Origin: Octopus vulgaris | Taxonomy: Eukaryota | Direction: 5' to 3' | Length of the DNA: 64,000 bases | Assembly: GCA_951406725.2 (NCBI GenBank) | Contig: OX597816.1 | Location: 83,452,001 to 83,516,000, forward strand | In this document: positions 14,104 to 30,633 of the stretch, one piece after another | Layout: each line of letters opens with the position of its first letter | How positions within the stretch are numbered: position 1 is the stretch's first letter | Made by a program: the position numbers and the translations under genes | The notes under the pieces: model-generated | Told to the model about the DNA's origin: nothing | Databases searched by the model: none | Seen by the model: the letters and a program-made list of their open reading frames with translations, nothing else

Positions 14104-15135
14104 AAATGCACATTTTGAGTTCTATTTTTCCTGTTTACATCACCATTCCTATATATAGATATGTGTGTGTGTGTGAATGGGAAACAGTAGAAAATGGAGA
14201 AATTGACAAACAGACATCAGTTTATTCAAAGATATTCAAATCAATATAATATGAAATTCTTATCCCTACAGCCGTTCCCATAGCCAATTAATTCAATTAG
14301 AGACAATAAATTAAATTAATTTATTTTGAAATTTTCATATTGGAGCTAGTTAATTGGGTATTTCATCAGAGGACAGTTTACCAGAAAGGAGTTACTTTCC
14401 AACGTGTTGGTTGATCCCTGACAGACTCATAGGTATGTACGTTTATATGTATGTACACATACGCATATACACGTACAAAGAGAGACAAAGTCACAGAGAA
14501 ACAGAGGAAACAGAGAGAGACACAGTGATAGCCAAGCTTAGAGATATAAAGATAAATAGACATCGGTTATATTTCTACATGTCGAATTGTCGAGCCTTTT
14601 CATCTCTAACTTTATACTGTTAACTCATAAAATATCAATACCAACTACTAATATCAAAATGAATATATAATTAAGTGCTCACGCGCAAACACATGTACAC
14701 TCACGCACACACGCGCAAACAAATGGAAACACACACACATGCGCGCGCCAAAAAAATACAAACGCATGCACATACGCATACACACATACATATACATATG
14801 CATTTCTATCTCCACCTTTTCTCTTTCTTTCTCTCTTTTCCTCTTGCTTCCTATTCAGAAGTACACACGTAGAGCAAGAGAGAAAGAGAAAGAGAGAGGA
14901 GGGGAGGGAGAGAATGAAAACATTTCTTTTGTAAATATTACTGAAATATTAATAGAGACGACTAGTTATAGATAGCTTGATTATAATATATAGAAGTAAA
15001 AACTACAAATACATACTTGCTTATACATATATATGTACACACACACACACACACATACACGCACACAAACACACTAACATATATATATATATGGCTCTGG
15101 TAGGGTATAAGGTAGGGTATAAGGTAGGGTATATA

Positions 15136-15194
<59 letters not shown>

Positions 15195-15375
15195 ATGTAT
15201 ACATATGTATACATACACACAAATTATATATATATATATGTTTATATATTTACTTATACATATATATATATATATATACATATATATATTCATATATATA
15301 TTTATATATATACGCACATAATACACATACAGAGATACACACGCACCTGTGTCTTTATTAAAGTGTGTTGGCGTG

Positions 15376-15407
<32 letters not shown>

Positions 15408-15704
15408 ATATTGATATATGTTTATGTGCATAGTAAATGTGAAGTTTTATACGTATTATGCATAAAAATCGACTAAATTTTATTAAAGTTATATGATCAT
15501 TTGTCAGGGAAGAAACTATGAACTGCATCAGTTTTATTCTGAGTTCGAATCCTAATAGTTTGGATTTATCTTGAGGTATTTTCGGGAAAGATGATATAGG
15601 AACTAATCCTTAAATCGAAGGTTCGTGAATATACCTTGGGAATCGGTAAACACTGATTTAACCTAAATTTGAGACACCGGCAAAAGACGGATTTCGACTG
15701 ATGT

Positions 15705-15861
15705 ACTTGCGCGTACAAATGCACGTTCCCACGGCTTTATCCATCGTATTCCCACCTGGAATCGATTTTTGCAATTTTTTCAAGACTTATACACACCCTG
15801 ATACCGTCAGTATCTACATATCAAATTGGAGCACAATCGGATGGAGAATGCCCGAGATCCT

Positions 15862-15911
<50 letters not shown>

Positions 15912-15935
15912 TAGAACGGATTTTATATAATAGAT
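15705..15935 (-). mobile_element. Partial non-autonomous Helitron (5' part)
   Basis: Reverse complement of 50967-51160, including the TCTATTATATAAAATCCGTTC start. Confidence 0.7.
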
Positions 15936-16418
15936 ATATACACATATACATATATATAAAGGAAGGAGAATGGAGAACTATGCATCTTCAAATCTTGGTT
16001 ATTGCTATATTATTCACGTTACATTCATGTGAAATTTCAATCCGACGCGCGTTTCTGTCGCATAAGCGTCCTGATGTCTCTTGATGTAGCATTTATGTGA
16101 ATATAGTTGTTTCATTTGCAGTACATATTCATTCAGGGTAGACATACCTATGCAGCTTTGTTCAAAGTTTCACCTATGTGGGAGGAAGGAGCAAAATGTA
16201 CACATACATGTACACAGACATATAAATACACGCATGTACGCACGCTCACACACACAATTATATAGCCATATGTATATAAATATAGGACTAAGGGACTTTC
16301 AGTGTTTGTATGGGTGTATACATATTTGTGTGTGTATGTGTGTGTGTATGTGTGTTATATCTAATAATATACATATAGATATTTACATAACATAGTTGAA
16401 TTGCATCTTCATATGGAA

Positions 16419-16453
<35 letters not shown>

Positions 16454-18249
16454 CATACATACATACATACATACATACATACATACATACATACATACAT
16501 ACATACATACTTACATACATATGTACATGAGCAAGCGTGTATGTGTAAACGTGTGCATATAAATATAAATGCAAATGTATACGTATGTGTGTGTGTTTGT
16601 GCGCGTACAAAGTGTAATAATCGATAGCTTTAAACGCCGTAGCACTGAAGGAGCAGGTGGCGCCATCAGGCGATCTGCTGTTTATCCAATTCATGTGACA
16701 TATGTAATAAAATTTTAAAGATTTAGTTATGTGATTACACAGTAGGCTGAATATATTGGACTTGTAGGCTTGAATTCCACTGAATAATTTAGCAGTGATA
16801 TAATTGAATAGGGCGACAGCGGTAGCTAAACAGATAACGTTTATATATGATAGCGTTTGAGAGTTTTGCAGACGATAAGTCGTTAGAGCAACGGACAAGC
16901 AGCCGATCGCTAGCTGGTTCGTATCCCCTACCAACACATATCCACATTATTACCAGTATTGTGTAGTGTACATAGCCGAGTTATTTAATATACGATATCT
17001 CACTTTTTCTAGCTGTAAACAAGTACCACAAACCAGCAACAATCGAGCCCCATGTGGCAGCAGCGGTAACACTATAAAATTAATGAGTGATTCATTCTTT
17101 AGCTTTCGGAGTTGTTTAGTCTGCGAGTCAGGCCCAGTAAAGTCAACCTATAATCAAAAGCGTTTCAACCATGGCCATCCTGTCCTTTTGCATGTGAGAA
17201 ACTAATTACAATGGTCAATATATTCGAAATTATTTTTAAGATGGTATGTTCTTTAATTTTATAAAGATGTCACTGTTATTTTTAGCCAGTCTATTTGTAT
17301 ATTTAATGTATTTTCGTGGTGATAACGGTGGCGGTGGTAGTGGCGATGTTAGTAGTAGTAATAGTGGTGACGGTGGGGCTGTCTATTCTTTGGTTGCAGT
17401 AATATATAGTACAATCATTTACCATACTATTGTACTCATTATTAATTAAAGCTTTTCTGATAAAGTGCAGAGTGTGAGAATACTAAATGTAGCATATTAA
17501 GTAGAGACACACATAAAAAAAAAAAAGATTTATTAAGGGAATAATATCAGGGCTCCTTATTTGTTTTATGACGTCCAAGTTCTGTTAGGCGCAGGAGAAA
17601 ATTATCCTTAGGTCGTAGAATAGGCCCGAATTATTCTAACAGTGGACTTAGTTTAAGGCTTTCTAAGATCTATACTTTTTTTTGTTTTAGCTTAGAAGTG
17701 AATTTTAGTACTTAATTGGTTTTATTTTCAAGTATTCTTTTAATAATTTGAAATATTAATGTCTTTAACAAACTACACACATGCCATCAGAATCCTTGCA
17801 GCCTATGTTGTTTTTTATGAGTGAATTTAATTCTCATTCAGTCGTATACATACTCGTACAAGCTTGTGAAGGTTGGCCTATAAAAGATATCCATCGGAAT
17901 TTTATCCAAGTATCGACTAATTGCAATGAGGGTGATTTGTTATAATCACTCTTTTTCTATATTAATGGGGACAAAATTTCTCTTTGCATGTGGTCGCTAA
18001 TAGATGCTTGCTATTGTAATGACGCTCAAAGAACAGAAATACATATTTAGCAATTCCACTGCCGCTGTTTGCCATTTTTCGTCTGCTACTGATATATTTC
18101 TGTGTTATTTAACACTATACTTTTATATGAGATTGAGTCTCGTAAGGATACTGCAGTTTCCAGGATATTTACAGTGTACCTGCGTTAAGTATGATTTACA
18201 GAATGCTCATTTGTATTAATACTGCTTATATATATATATACATATATAT

Positions 18250-18414
18250 AGAAGTGGCTGTGTGTTAAGTAGCTTGCTAACCAACCACATTGTTCAGGTT
18301 CAGTCCCACTGCGTGGCATCTTGGGCAAGTGTCTTCTGCTATAGCCCCGGGCCGGTCAATGCCTTGTGAGTGGATTTGGTAGACGGAAACTGAAAGAAGC
18401 CTGTCGTATATATG

Positions 18415-18449
<35 letters not shown>

Positions 18450-18657
18450 TTGTGTGTCTGTGTTTGTCCCCCTAGCATTGCTTGACAACCGATGCTGGTG
18501 TGTTTACGTCCCCGTCACATAGCGGTTCGGCAAAAGAGACCGATAGCATAAATACTGGGCTTACAAAGAATAAGTCTCGGGGTCGATTTGCTCGACTAAA
18601 GGCGGTGCTCCAGCATGGCCGCAGTCAAATGACTGAAACAAGTAAAAGAGAGTAAAG
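18250..18657 (+). mobile_element. SINE family A
   Basis: Near-full consensus with a tRNA-like A/B-box head and internal microsatellite. Confidence 0.9.
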
Positions 18658-18689
<32 letters not shown>

Positions 18690-18725
18690 GTATATATTTT
18701 TATGTGTGTGTGTACATGCATACGT

Positions 18726-19030
18726 GGAGGCGCAATGGCCCAGTGGTTAGGACAGCGGACTCGCAATCGGAGAATCGCGGTTTCGATTCCCACACCGGGC
18801 GTTGTATGTGTGTATTGAGCGAAAACACCTAAAAGCTCCACGAGGCTCCGGCAGGGGGCGGTGGCGATCCCTGTTGCACTCTTTCGCCACAACTTTCTCT
18901 CACTCTCTCTTCCTGTTTCTTGAGTAACGCTGCGATGGACTGACGTCCCGTCCAGCTGGGGGGGGGATACATACGCTACAGAAACCGGGAAACCGGGCCC
19001 ATGAGCCTGGCTAGGCTTGAAAAGGGCGAC
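18726..19030 (+). mobile_element. tRNA-derived SINE family C
   Basis: GGAGGCGCAATGGCCCAGTGGTTAGG...GGTTTCGATTCCC head; second copy at 42732-43036. Confidence 0.85.
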
Positions 19031-20092
19031 GTGTTTTATACATGCATACAGGCATATATATATATATCTATATATATACATATATATATATGTATATATA
19101 TAGATATATATATATATATGTATGCATGTATATACGTAAGTATGTATGTACTATGCTATGTATGGGTATGTTTGTACGTATGTGTGTGTGTGTATGTACG
19201 TGATTGTGTTTAATTGCATAAGTGTTAATATATTCATTGCAGGGAATATTTAAAAGGTAATATAGAAATTATTATGCGATGACAAAAATAAGAATAATAA
19301 ACAATATTCGTCAATGACTAATATTATCATTTGCGCTCATGCGACAAATAAAAGAGATAGCATCAGAAAGGTTTTGGCATTATTCTGACCTCATCAACGA
19401 GGCATAACCTTCTTTATATTTACCAATGAGTAGTTATAAAAATATCATTAAGTCAATGTAATAGACTGTACATTGGTTGGTGTGGGAATATATACGCTTG
19501 CAAGAATTCATTTATATATTTTATATGGATATGTATGTGTCCGTGTACTTATTTGTCTGTCCTAACACATAACGGTGAGTAGCACTGAGAAAAATGGAGG
19601 AAGGGAGGGATTATGAATAAACGGTCTTGTGCTAAATAAGTGATTGATTAGCTTTGATAGAAATAGACAGGCTAGACCATAGATAGAATTCTGAATGTTT
19701 TTGGCGTGTCTATGTATAGCTATCGCCGTGCATATGTCACTGTGTGAGTTAATTCTGGACAAAGTGTTTTGCGTGTGTTTGCTAGCTTCAATAAATAAAT
19801 AGCTTAAACGGGGACAATTAATAGATATATTCTTTGTCGGCATATGCGTGCGTGAGTGATTATGAGAGTGTGTGCGCATATATGCCTGTGTGTTTGTGTG
19901 CATACGAGTGTGTGCATGTGTATGTGTGTTTGCTTGAACGAGTATTTTTGTTTGTAAATGTGTAATGCATATTTGATATTGTGATATTGATAACTAATTC
20001 TATATACTTCGGTCCTATCAATAAACTGATTAGCTATGACAATTAGAAACCATTCATCCATTCATCTAAACTTGTATCTAATCTCTCTCTAT

Positions 20093-20131
<39 letters not shown>

Positions 20132-20159
20132 CATATATGTGCATATATTCATACATATG

Positions 20160-20215
<56 letters not shown>

Positions 20216-20549
20216 GGCGCGTGGCTCAGTGGTTAGAGCGTCGAGCTTACGATCGTGAGGTTGTGAGCTCGATTCCCGGACCGGGCTGCGTGTTGTGTTC
20301 TTGAGCAAGACACTTTATCTCACGTTGCTCCAGTTCACTCAGCTGTAGAAATGAGTTGCGACGTCACAGGTGCCAAGCTGTATCGGCCCTTGCTTTTCCC
20401 TTGGATAACATCGGTGACGTGGAGAGGGGAAGTCGGTATGCATGGGCGACTGCTGGTCTTCTATAAAACAACCTTGCCCAGACTTGTGCCTCAGAGGGTA
20501 ACTCTCTAGGTGCAAACCCATAGTCAGTGTCTGACCGAAGGGGGTCACC

Positions 20550-20550
<1 letters not shown>
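20216..20550 (+). mobile_element. tRNA-derived SINE family D
   Basis: GGCGCGTGGCTCAGTGGTTAGAGCG...TCGATTCCC head followed by TTGAGCAAGACACTTTA (CORE/V-like) domain. Confidence 0.8.
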
Positions 20551-20581
<31 letters not shown>

Positions 20582-20837
20582 ATGTATGTATGTATATATA
20601 TATATATATATACATATATACGTATAGATGTAGATATATGTATATATATAGACTCTTCCTCCATTGTTATTGTTGTATGTTCTTGTTGTTGTTATTATTA
20701 TTATTATTACTTTTATATATATATATATATATACATATATACGTATAGATGTAGATATATGTATATATATAGACTCTTCCTCCATTGTTATTGTTGTATG
20801 TTCTTGTTGTTGTTATTATTATTATTATTACTTTTAT

Positions 20838-21410
20838 TGAGTGAGAGGGCAGTGCATGCCATCAAATTGACACTAGGGTACAAATTTACGAAGCACAGTA
20901 CACCCATCATGATTACCCGTTTGATAAGGGTATACCAGGCACATGCATCTAAACCATATTTGCGCGACTTCTTAGAATTTTCTTCAGGTCGAGTAGTCCA
21001 TTCTCCTCAAAAGGCCCCTGAATAAGGGTTGTATAAGGATGCTGAACAAAACACCCATGTTTCCAGAGGTGTATCATCCAAACCCCAAAGAATTGATATT
21101 GTGATATTGATAACTAATTCTATATACTTCAGCTATGACAATTAGAAAACATTCATCGATTCATCTAAACTTGTCTCTAATCTCCCCTACTACTTCTGCT
21201 CGTGATCAGAGATGCACATATCATCAGCCACCAAGAGACTCGCTCAAGTGGTTATAGTTAAACAACTGACAAGCAAATCTGTGGTATTGAGCAGAATGTT
21301 TGCTGTAGCTCATCTTTTATACCAAGACAAGACAATGTACATGATAACACTTCCAGTCGCTTAAGAGCAGAAGCCATGAGAGCCACTGTCTGGTACTGCA
21401 TCATGGCATG
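20838..21410 (-). mobile_element. Non-coding interspersed repeat embedded in (TTA)n; second copy at 62860-63330
   Basis: GAGTGAGAGGGCAGTGCATGCCATCAAA... aligns with AAGTGAGAGAGCAATGCTTGCCATCAAAG...; strand inferred from the (TAA)n flank. Confidence 0.7.
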
Positions 21411-21840
21411 CATTATTATTATTATTATTATGATATAACTTCAATAATTGGTAGATTGAGTCAAATTTCTACAGTATTACGTGCTACGTCTCCATGTTGC
21501 TGAGGTGTGTGCAGCATTGTGTGTTCTTTTCTGCTGTTGGCAGTGTGCGAACTCTCCCCGGTACTGTATTGTGTTAATCTTTTTTTCCCTTGGGGTGTGG
21601 TGCTGTCTTTTGTTCTATTACTCCTTGTATTGTTTGTTGAGTGTTTAATGCTTGGTTTTTTTTTGGCTTGCTTTTTGGCTTGCTGGAGTGTATAATGCTT
21701 CTTTTTTTTTTAGCTTGCTGGTTTTATTGGCATTTACTGGGTAAATGCTATATAAAGTGTCTTGTTATTTGTATGTTGTCTTTTTTAGGTTGTATTATTG
21801 GATTGATATTATTGTTATTATTATTATTATCATTATCATT

Positions 21841-23741
<1,901 letters not shown>

Positions 23742-24696
23742 ACGGCAAAAGTTGCGTAAGAAACTCAAGGTCAAAGTGTTTCATGAATGGCGCATACCAG
23801 ACTTTGACAAGTGCCATACACAATACTCTTGGTCCTCGGCAATAGTATAACATTGCATGATGTATGTGAGTGCGTGCGCGCGCACGTGCTTACGTGTGTA
23901 TGTGTATTTTCTCTGTGTTATATATGTGTTATATGTATAAATACGTCATCACTTTCCATTAATGTCTATTGTCCGAAACATTAACATCATCATCTCTTCC
24001 TCGGCAACATAATTTATTCTGCCGAGGAAATTTCCTTTAATCGTGGATACTCATAGTGTCTTCATCTTTTAATGTTCACGTGTATATATGCAGTAGTTTA
24101 ACTTATCGAGTTTAAAGTGTCAAAAATAATCAATTCCGAAAGTATCACAACCCTGATACAAAAGGCCTTTTCTTTTCTTTTTTAACCCACGAAGTGAAAT
24201 AACCGACGAATAAATTATATAATACATCAGTTACCCATGTATTATGAGTTCGATAATCGCGGGTGGTATTTTACCTAGTTTTTACGTAGGGATCTATATA
24301 TTACATTGCATTAACTGTAGAGAGTGTTAGCTGTGATAGATTGGCTTTTAATAATTTATCGCATACACTACGTAGAATGAATACACTTCTAAGTACGGGT
24401 TCTCAGGAGACTCATCGCTTTATTTTATTATATTCAATTATTTCAAATCTGTGTTTCATGAATTGGTTATAATTGAATAGAACCTGTGATCATAATTTCA
24501 AAATGATCATTCTAAGAGTAATTTCGATGAGTTTTGTAGACTTCATGTTGAGTGAACATCCCAGAAAAGGAAGATAAACTGATTATGAAAAAAGAAAAAA
24601 ATCTTGATACGAGTTGTAAATTATTATTATTTCTTAATATCTATAATGTTGCAACAAAGGAGAGGTAATCGAAAATGTTGTACGTACAGACATACA

Positions 24697-24755
<59 letters not shown>

Positions 24756-24769
24756 AGTCGTTGAAGTTT

Positions 24770-24832
24770 TCATCATCACCATCATCATCGATATCGTCGT
24801 TACCACAACCACCACTAGCACCGGCGGCGCCG

Positions 24833-24863
<31 letters not shown>

Positions 24864-26240
24864 AATCATTATCTTCGTCGTCGTCGTCGTTGTCGTAGTC
24901 GGTATTATCAGCAACAATCGCAACAAAAACAAACAAAAAAAGCTGTGGCGACTGCAATAGCAACAGTAACAAAAATAGTTGCTGCAGCAACAACAACAAT
25001 TGCAAGATCCACAAAAATAGCAGCGGCAACAACAGCAATCGCAACAATAACTAAATTAGCAACGGCAACAACAGCAATTGCAACAATAGCAAAAATAGCA
25101 GCGGCAACAACAATAGCAATTGTAACAAAAATAACAACGCTGACAACAGCAATCACAACAGTCGCGAATGTGGCAGGGACAACAAAGGCAATCGCAACAG
25201 TCTCAAAAATAACAACAGCAAGAACAACAATCTCAACTATATCAAAAGTAGCAGCGTCAATAGCAACTGAAGCAGTAGCAGCAGCAAAAGCAAACAATAG
25301 CAACAACAAAAGTAATATCACGAACAACATCAGCGTGAACAACAAAAATAGCAACACTAATATCAGCAGCATAACAATAAAGACATCAAAAACATCAAAA
25401 TCCACAACAACTTCAAAAACAACAACAGTGTTAGCATCAACAACCAGAAAATTAATAACAGCAACGTCAACATTAGAAATATCAACGGCAATAGCAAAAA
25501 CAATATCGTCAACAAAAACAGCAATAAAAACAAGAATATTTCATAAGCTTTACTCCTTTATTATATATTGTTTGTTGTATTTGTGTAAGGTTAATTGGTT
25601 TTTAAACGTGAGCAATCAAAGATTAGAGATAATTTTTCATTTAAAGATTTTCCAAGAAATATCAGATATTTTTAAGTACAACAACAACAATAACAGAACA
25701 GCAGCAGCAACAACTACAACAACAACAACAACAACAACAACAACAGCAACAGCAGCAAACAACAAGAGCTAAAAGAGTAAAAACAAAAGCAATAAGAACA
25801 GTTTTAAAAAAAGTAAACATCATCATCGTCTTCGACATCGTCGTTGTCGACATCATCATCATCAACAATGACATCAGCAACAATAAATAACAACAACAGC
25901 GTCAATGAAAATACCAACAGCAACAAAAACACTTCGGCGAAGGCAACAATCTTAACGACATCCTCCTCCTCCTCCTCCTCCACATCATCATCATCATCAT
26001 CAACAACAACAACAACAACAACTTCAATAGCGACACAAGATGAATAATTTAAAAGCAACAGCTACAACACCCTCAATAACAATAAAAAAAAACAAAACAA
26101 AACATATGAAAATTAAGTATTTTAAATAGAACAACGACAGTAGCAGTAAATTAAGAAACATATTTATAGTTAAAGCAACAAAGACGACACTGGTGACAAT
26201 AACAGCAGCAACAACAACAATCACAGCAATTTTCTAATAT
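24770..26240. repeat. ACA/GCA-rich low-complexity region with a 39-bp minisatellite at about 24950-25260
   Basis: Repeating AIATxxKIAAATT translation unit. Confidence 0.8.
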
Positions 26241-26334
26241 TAACAATCATAAATAAATAAATAAATAAAGGATCGCAAGTCCCTCCCGGGCCATTGGTTT
26301 ATAAGGTCGGTTTCCCGGTTTTGTGACGTATATA

Positions 26335-26500
26335 GGAGCAGGCATGGTTGTGTGATAAGAAGCTTGCTCACCAACCACATGGTTCCGGGTTCAGTCCAAC
26401 TGCGTGGCACCTTGGGCAAGTTTCATCTACTATAGCCTCGGGCCGACCAAAGCCTTGTGATTAGATTTGGTAGAAGGAAACTGAAAGAAGCCCGCCGTAT
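26335..26500 (+). mobile_element. 5' half of SINE family A
   Basis: Consensus match up to the internal (TA) tract. Confidence 0.85.
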
Positions 26501-26510
26501 ATATATGATA

Positions 26511-26568
26511 TTAGGGAGTATAACTCCACACTTACAGGGAGAAATTCAGTTTAGTATTAAATCAAATT

Positions 26569-26629
<61 letters not shown>

Positions 26630-26875
26630 TAGTGAAAACACCTGTTAATTCAAACAATGATAGACGTAAAACACATCATATAGAAAAAATAACATATATG
26701 ATAAAACATTTACGTAGAACACAATAAAGTACACATTAGTACAAAATATATTATTTCCTAGATGAATTCCAAAATAACGGTTCTATCTTAGCTGTAAGTT
26801 CCATAACAAACGAAAATGAGATTCAAATACACTCAATAAACTTTACTTATGAATATAATAATAATAATAGTAATG

Positions 26876-26953
<78 letters not shown>

Positions 26954-27145
26954 GGGGGTATAACTCCAAACATACAGGGAAAAATTCAATTTAGTATTAA
27001 ATCAAATTTACAATATGAATATATATATATATATATATATAAATTAGAGAAAAACCACTATTATGTAAATCAAACAATGATAGACATAAAACACATCATA
27101 TAGAAAAAAATTCATAGTTTCGTGTCAGCACCCCAGCACAGTCAA
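26511..27145. repeat. Two diverged direct copies of a roughly 180-bp TA-containing repeat (26511-26690 and 26952-27145)
   Basis: TAGGG.GTATAACTCCA...TCAAACAATGATAGAC.TAAAACACATCATATAGAAAAAA occurs twice. Confidence 0.8.
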
Positions 27146-27304
27146 ATTACTAGAGCAAGTAAAATGATAGAAGACAAAGATATTTCATTGTTGAAATCAT
27201 AAGAAAAGTATGAAATAAGAAAAACTTAACAGAGATAATAAAAACATATTCCTTCCTCTCTCTTTCTCCCTCTGTACGCATGCATATGAATGTATATATG
27301 AATG

Positions 27305-27338
<34 letters not shown>

Positions 27339-27348
27339 TGTATGTATG

Positions 27349-27379
<31 letters not shown>

Positions 27380-27595
27380 TTTTGTATGTATGCATGTATA
27401 TATATATATATGAATGTGTGTATCTATCTATCTATATATCTATCTGTGTGTATATATATAAATATATGTAGATATAATTATACATGTATGTATATGTATG
27501 TGTATATATAAATATGTGTATAGATATGTAATGTATGTATACACATATATCTATATATATATATGAGTGTGTGGATATATATATATATATATGTG

Positions 27596-27657
<62 letters not shown>

Positions 27658-27968
27658 TAAATGTATACATGTATGAGTTTATACACGTATGTACGTATTT
27701 GTATGTGTGCGCGTGTGTGTACGTGTGCATGCGCGTTTGTATGTGTGTGTGTGTGTGTGCATATGTGTATGTGTGTGTGGGGGATATATGTGTATGTGTG
27801 TGTGTGGGGGATATATGTGTATTTATATGGTCCACAACCTAAAACCAGCGTATTATATTTTATTGTCATGTCCATTCGACTGTAATAAATCTGAAACATG
27901 CAATTCTATCCATCCCGGACAAATATGTTACCGAGGGTAGTGTAAGGAAAATGAAGCAATATATACAC

Positions 27969-28003
<35 letters not shown>

Positions 28004-28345
28004 AGTGTATACTTGTGTGCGTATACGTATACGTATGTATATATATATATATATATATATATACTATATATGTTCATATAAATATATATTTCTATATTGA
28101 TATTTATTTTACAGACAGTAATATATATGCGTGCAAACGTACTGGTTTATTGCGTAATATCTTACTATGATAAATAAGAATACACGCTCATACATATATT
28201 GTAAAAGGAAGGCATTAAAATACATAGAAGTGCATATGAACACATGCTCTTTGTGTCTGTATATATGTACGTCTGCACTGACGCATGTATGTATGTATAA
28301 ATACGTATACACACATACATATATGTATATGTATATTTATAAACA

Positions 28346-28389
<44 letters not shown>

Positions 28390-30633
28390 TGTTTGAATAT
28401 ATATGCACATATATGTATATATATATATAAACTCATACATATATGCTATATGTTTTTATGAGGACCAGTAAGATGTTCCAATAACAATTTTATGACTGTT
28501 TTATCTTCCCGCAAAACGCTGTTTTTAAATTATTTTAGCCTGTTTTATTTTGTATAACGTATTTTTCCTGTTTATTTGAGAAATGTCACCAGCACCATCC
28601 ACCCACCCACACACAATATATGTGTGCGTTTGTGTATATGTGTGTGCTTGCGTATCTAATTGTATGTATATGCCATAATATAGTGATGCCCACAGAAAGA
28701 ATATGTTTAAGGGAAAGATTTTCGTCGTGGTTTTCTACCCTGGATCTCGAAAGAAATTTGTTACATTCTCCACACAATCTACAAGTATCTTTCTGTATTG
28801 TTCGGGTTTTCTTCTCCTTAATACGTAAACCATCTTATTCCTCAACACCTAACTTAGCATAAGCTATCGCTTCAAGTAACTTAATTTACAGCCAGATAAT
28901 AATCAATGTTATTGTAGGAACAGCAGCTGTAGTTGCTATGCACCTAATAACTGCTCTCTTAGCTCAAGGTATTTGTTTGGACAAGGAAATTCTATAGAAT
29001 TTTCAGTTAGAAAACAGACCTCGACAAAAGCCAGTATTGGAATGACAACTAAAAGATTTAACTCTTTCAACCACCAACATAGTCATTCGTTTAGATGACA
29101 ACCAGGAGGGAGGCAACTGAAAGACCCGAATGTATATTATGATTTTGAATGGAGTAACATTTCTCATGCACTTTGATATATGCACAAACATTTCTGTAAT
29201 TTCTGCTGTTCTGAAGCCCTAAAAATATTTGATAAAGAGCAATTACTAGGGAAATATACCGAAGGAATTACATAACTTAAACATAAATTTTAAAATTACT
29301 TGAAGTTCAAACCAGTGCTATGTCCTGTTGCGGGGTGTGAAGCTTGTGATTTTCTGAATTAGGGTAGCACAGCTACTTCAAAACTCTTCTTTTCTACTTA
29401 GACATAATTAGTAATCATTCTTATTTTACTTTAGCCGTAAATTCTATGATGAATCTAAATTCCTACATGCAAATATTTTTTCATTCCTAGTCATTCCAAT
29501 TAACTATTAAATTAGTCTAGTTAATTAGATAATTTATGTTGATTAATTATTTATTGCTTAATTAATGCATTAGTTACAATATAAAATGCTATGAAGTAAA
29601 GATGTTGCCTTATAACTATAATTTATTCCCATAATCCTTATATATAAATTTATTTAACTCTTACCCAGTTCTATTAGGTCGTTGCTCATTTTCATATACA
29701 TAAATACATGTATACATGTATACAAGCATTCTAATATATATTGATTTATATAGAGTGAGATAAATGAATACACTTACAGTGTAACTATATGTGGCTTTCA
29801 TATATGTTTATTAATACCCAAATGATATACATCTCAGCCAAGCATACAACGTACATACTCTATATCAGTCTAATATAGAATATGTGGCGGTTTATGAAAG
29901 AGAGCAACGACCGAATGGAACTGGGTAAAAGTTAAATAAATTTATATGTAAAGCTTATAGGAATAAACTATAGTTATATGGCAGCATAATTATGTTTGAC
30001 TCTCTATATGGAGTTAACTATCGCATTTATATTTTTTATCAGAAACATTCAAGTTGTTGTTCAGGCTATAACATCTTAAAAGAGTAGCGTTTCTCCGAAG
30101 AAATACTATAAACTTACCACATAACATCATCATAAAACTCTCAACAGCTACTGCGTTGTAACATTGCCTGGTCACATATGTCTTCCAGTCTGATCGAGAA
30201 TCCAATATTGCAAATTGTGGTTATTAAACCCTTGTACATTGATATTTTAAAACCGATCATATATTTACCATATATTCTTCTACAAGCATTCCCTAAAATG
30301 TTTGATAAACTGTACTAGTATCATCGTGATTGATTTCTGGCATCAAAAGAAAGTCACGGCGAAATAGTTTTCGTTTCAGTATTAAACTTAATGCAGTTGT
30401 GTTAAAATCAACTTATGACCGCTTAAAGGCAAATGCTTCAGGAAAGAGTCGGTAATTACACTAAAGTGAATTTGGCACATCGCTGTAAATTAACATATTC
30501 AAGCTTAACGGAATACAACTTTAAGATCTACACGCAATATTCATAGTCTTTTAGACACTCGTGTGATAGTAACAAAACGTCGAGTCAAGAGATTGCAAGA
30601 TCAAGTTCGAATTTGCCAAACAATATTCTAGAG

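Noticed and set aside
15098-15132. (GGTAGGGTATAA)x3 as telomeric or G-quadruplex repeat
   Set aside because: Only three units, not TTAGGG, and too few G3 runs.
16040-16090. GAAACGCGCGTC on the minus strand, HHR-like
   Set aside because: No CUGANGA core at a suitable distance.
16648-16665. CTCF-like motif GAGCAGGTGGCGC
   Set aside because: A single short match with no supporting context.
18726-18800. tRNA gene
   Set aside because: The tRNA-like head continues into a SINE body; the same applies to the other A/B-box hits.
28870-29200. Minus-strand peptide faintly like GPCR TM3-TM4 ('MLVVERV', 'AKRAVI...IIIWL')
   Set aside because: Multiple stops, and similarity too weak to support by eye.
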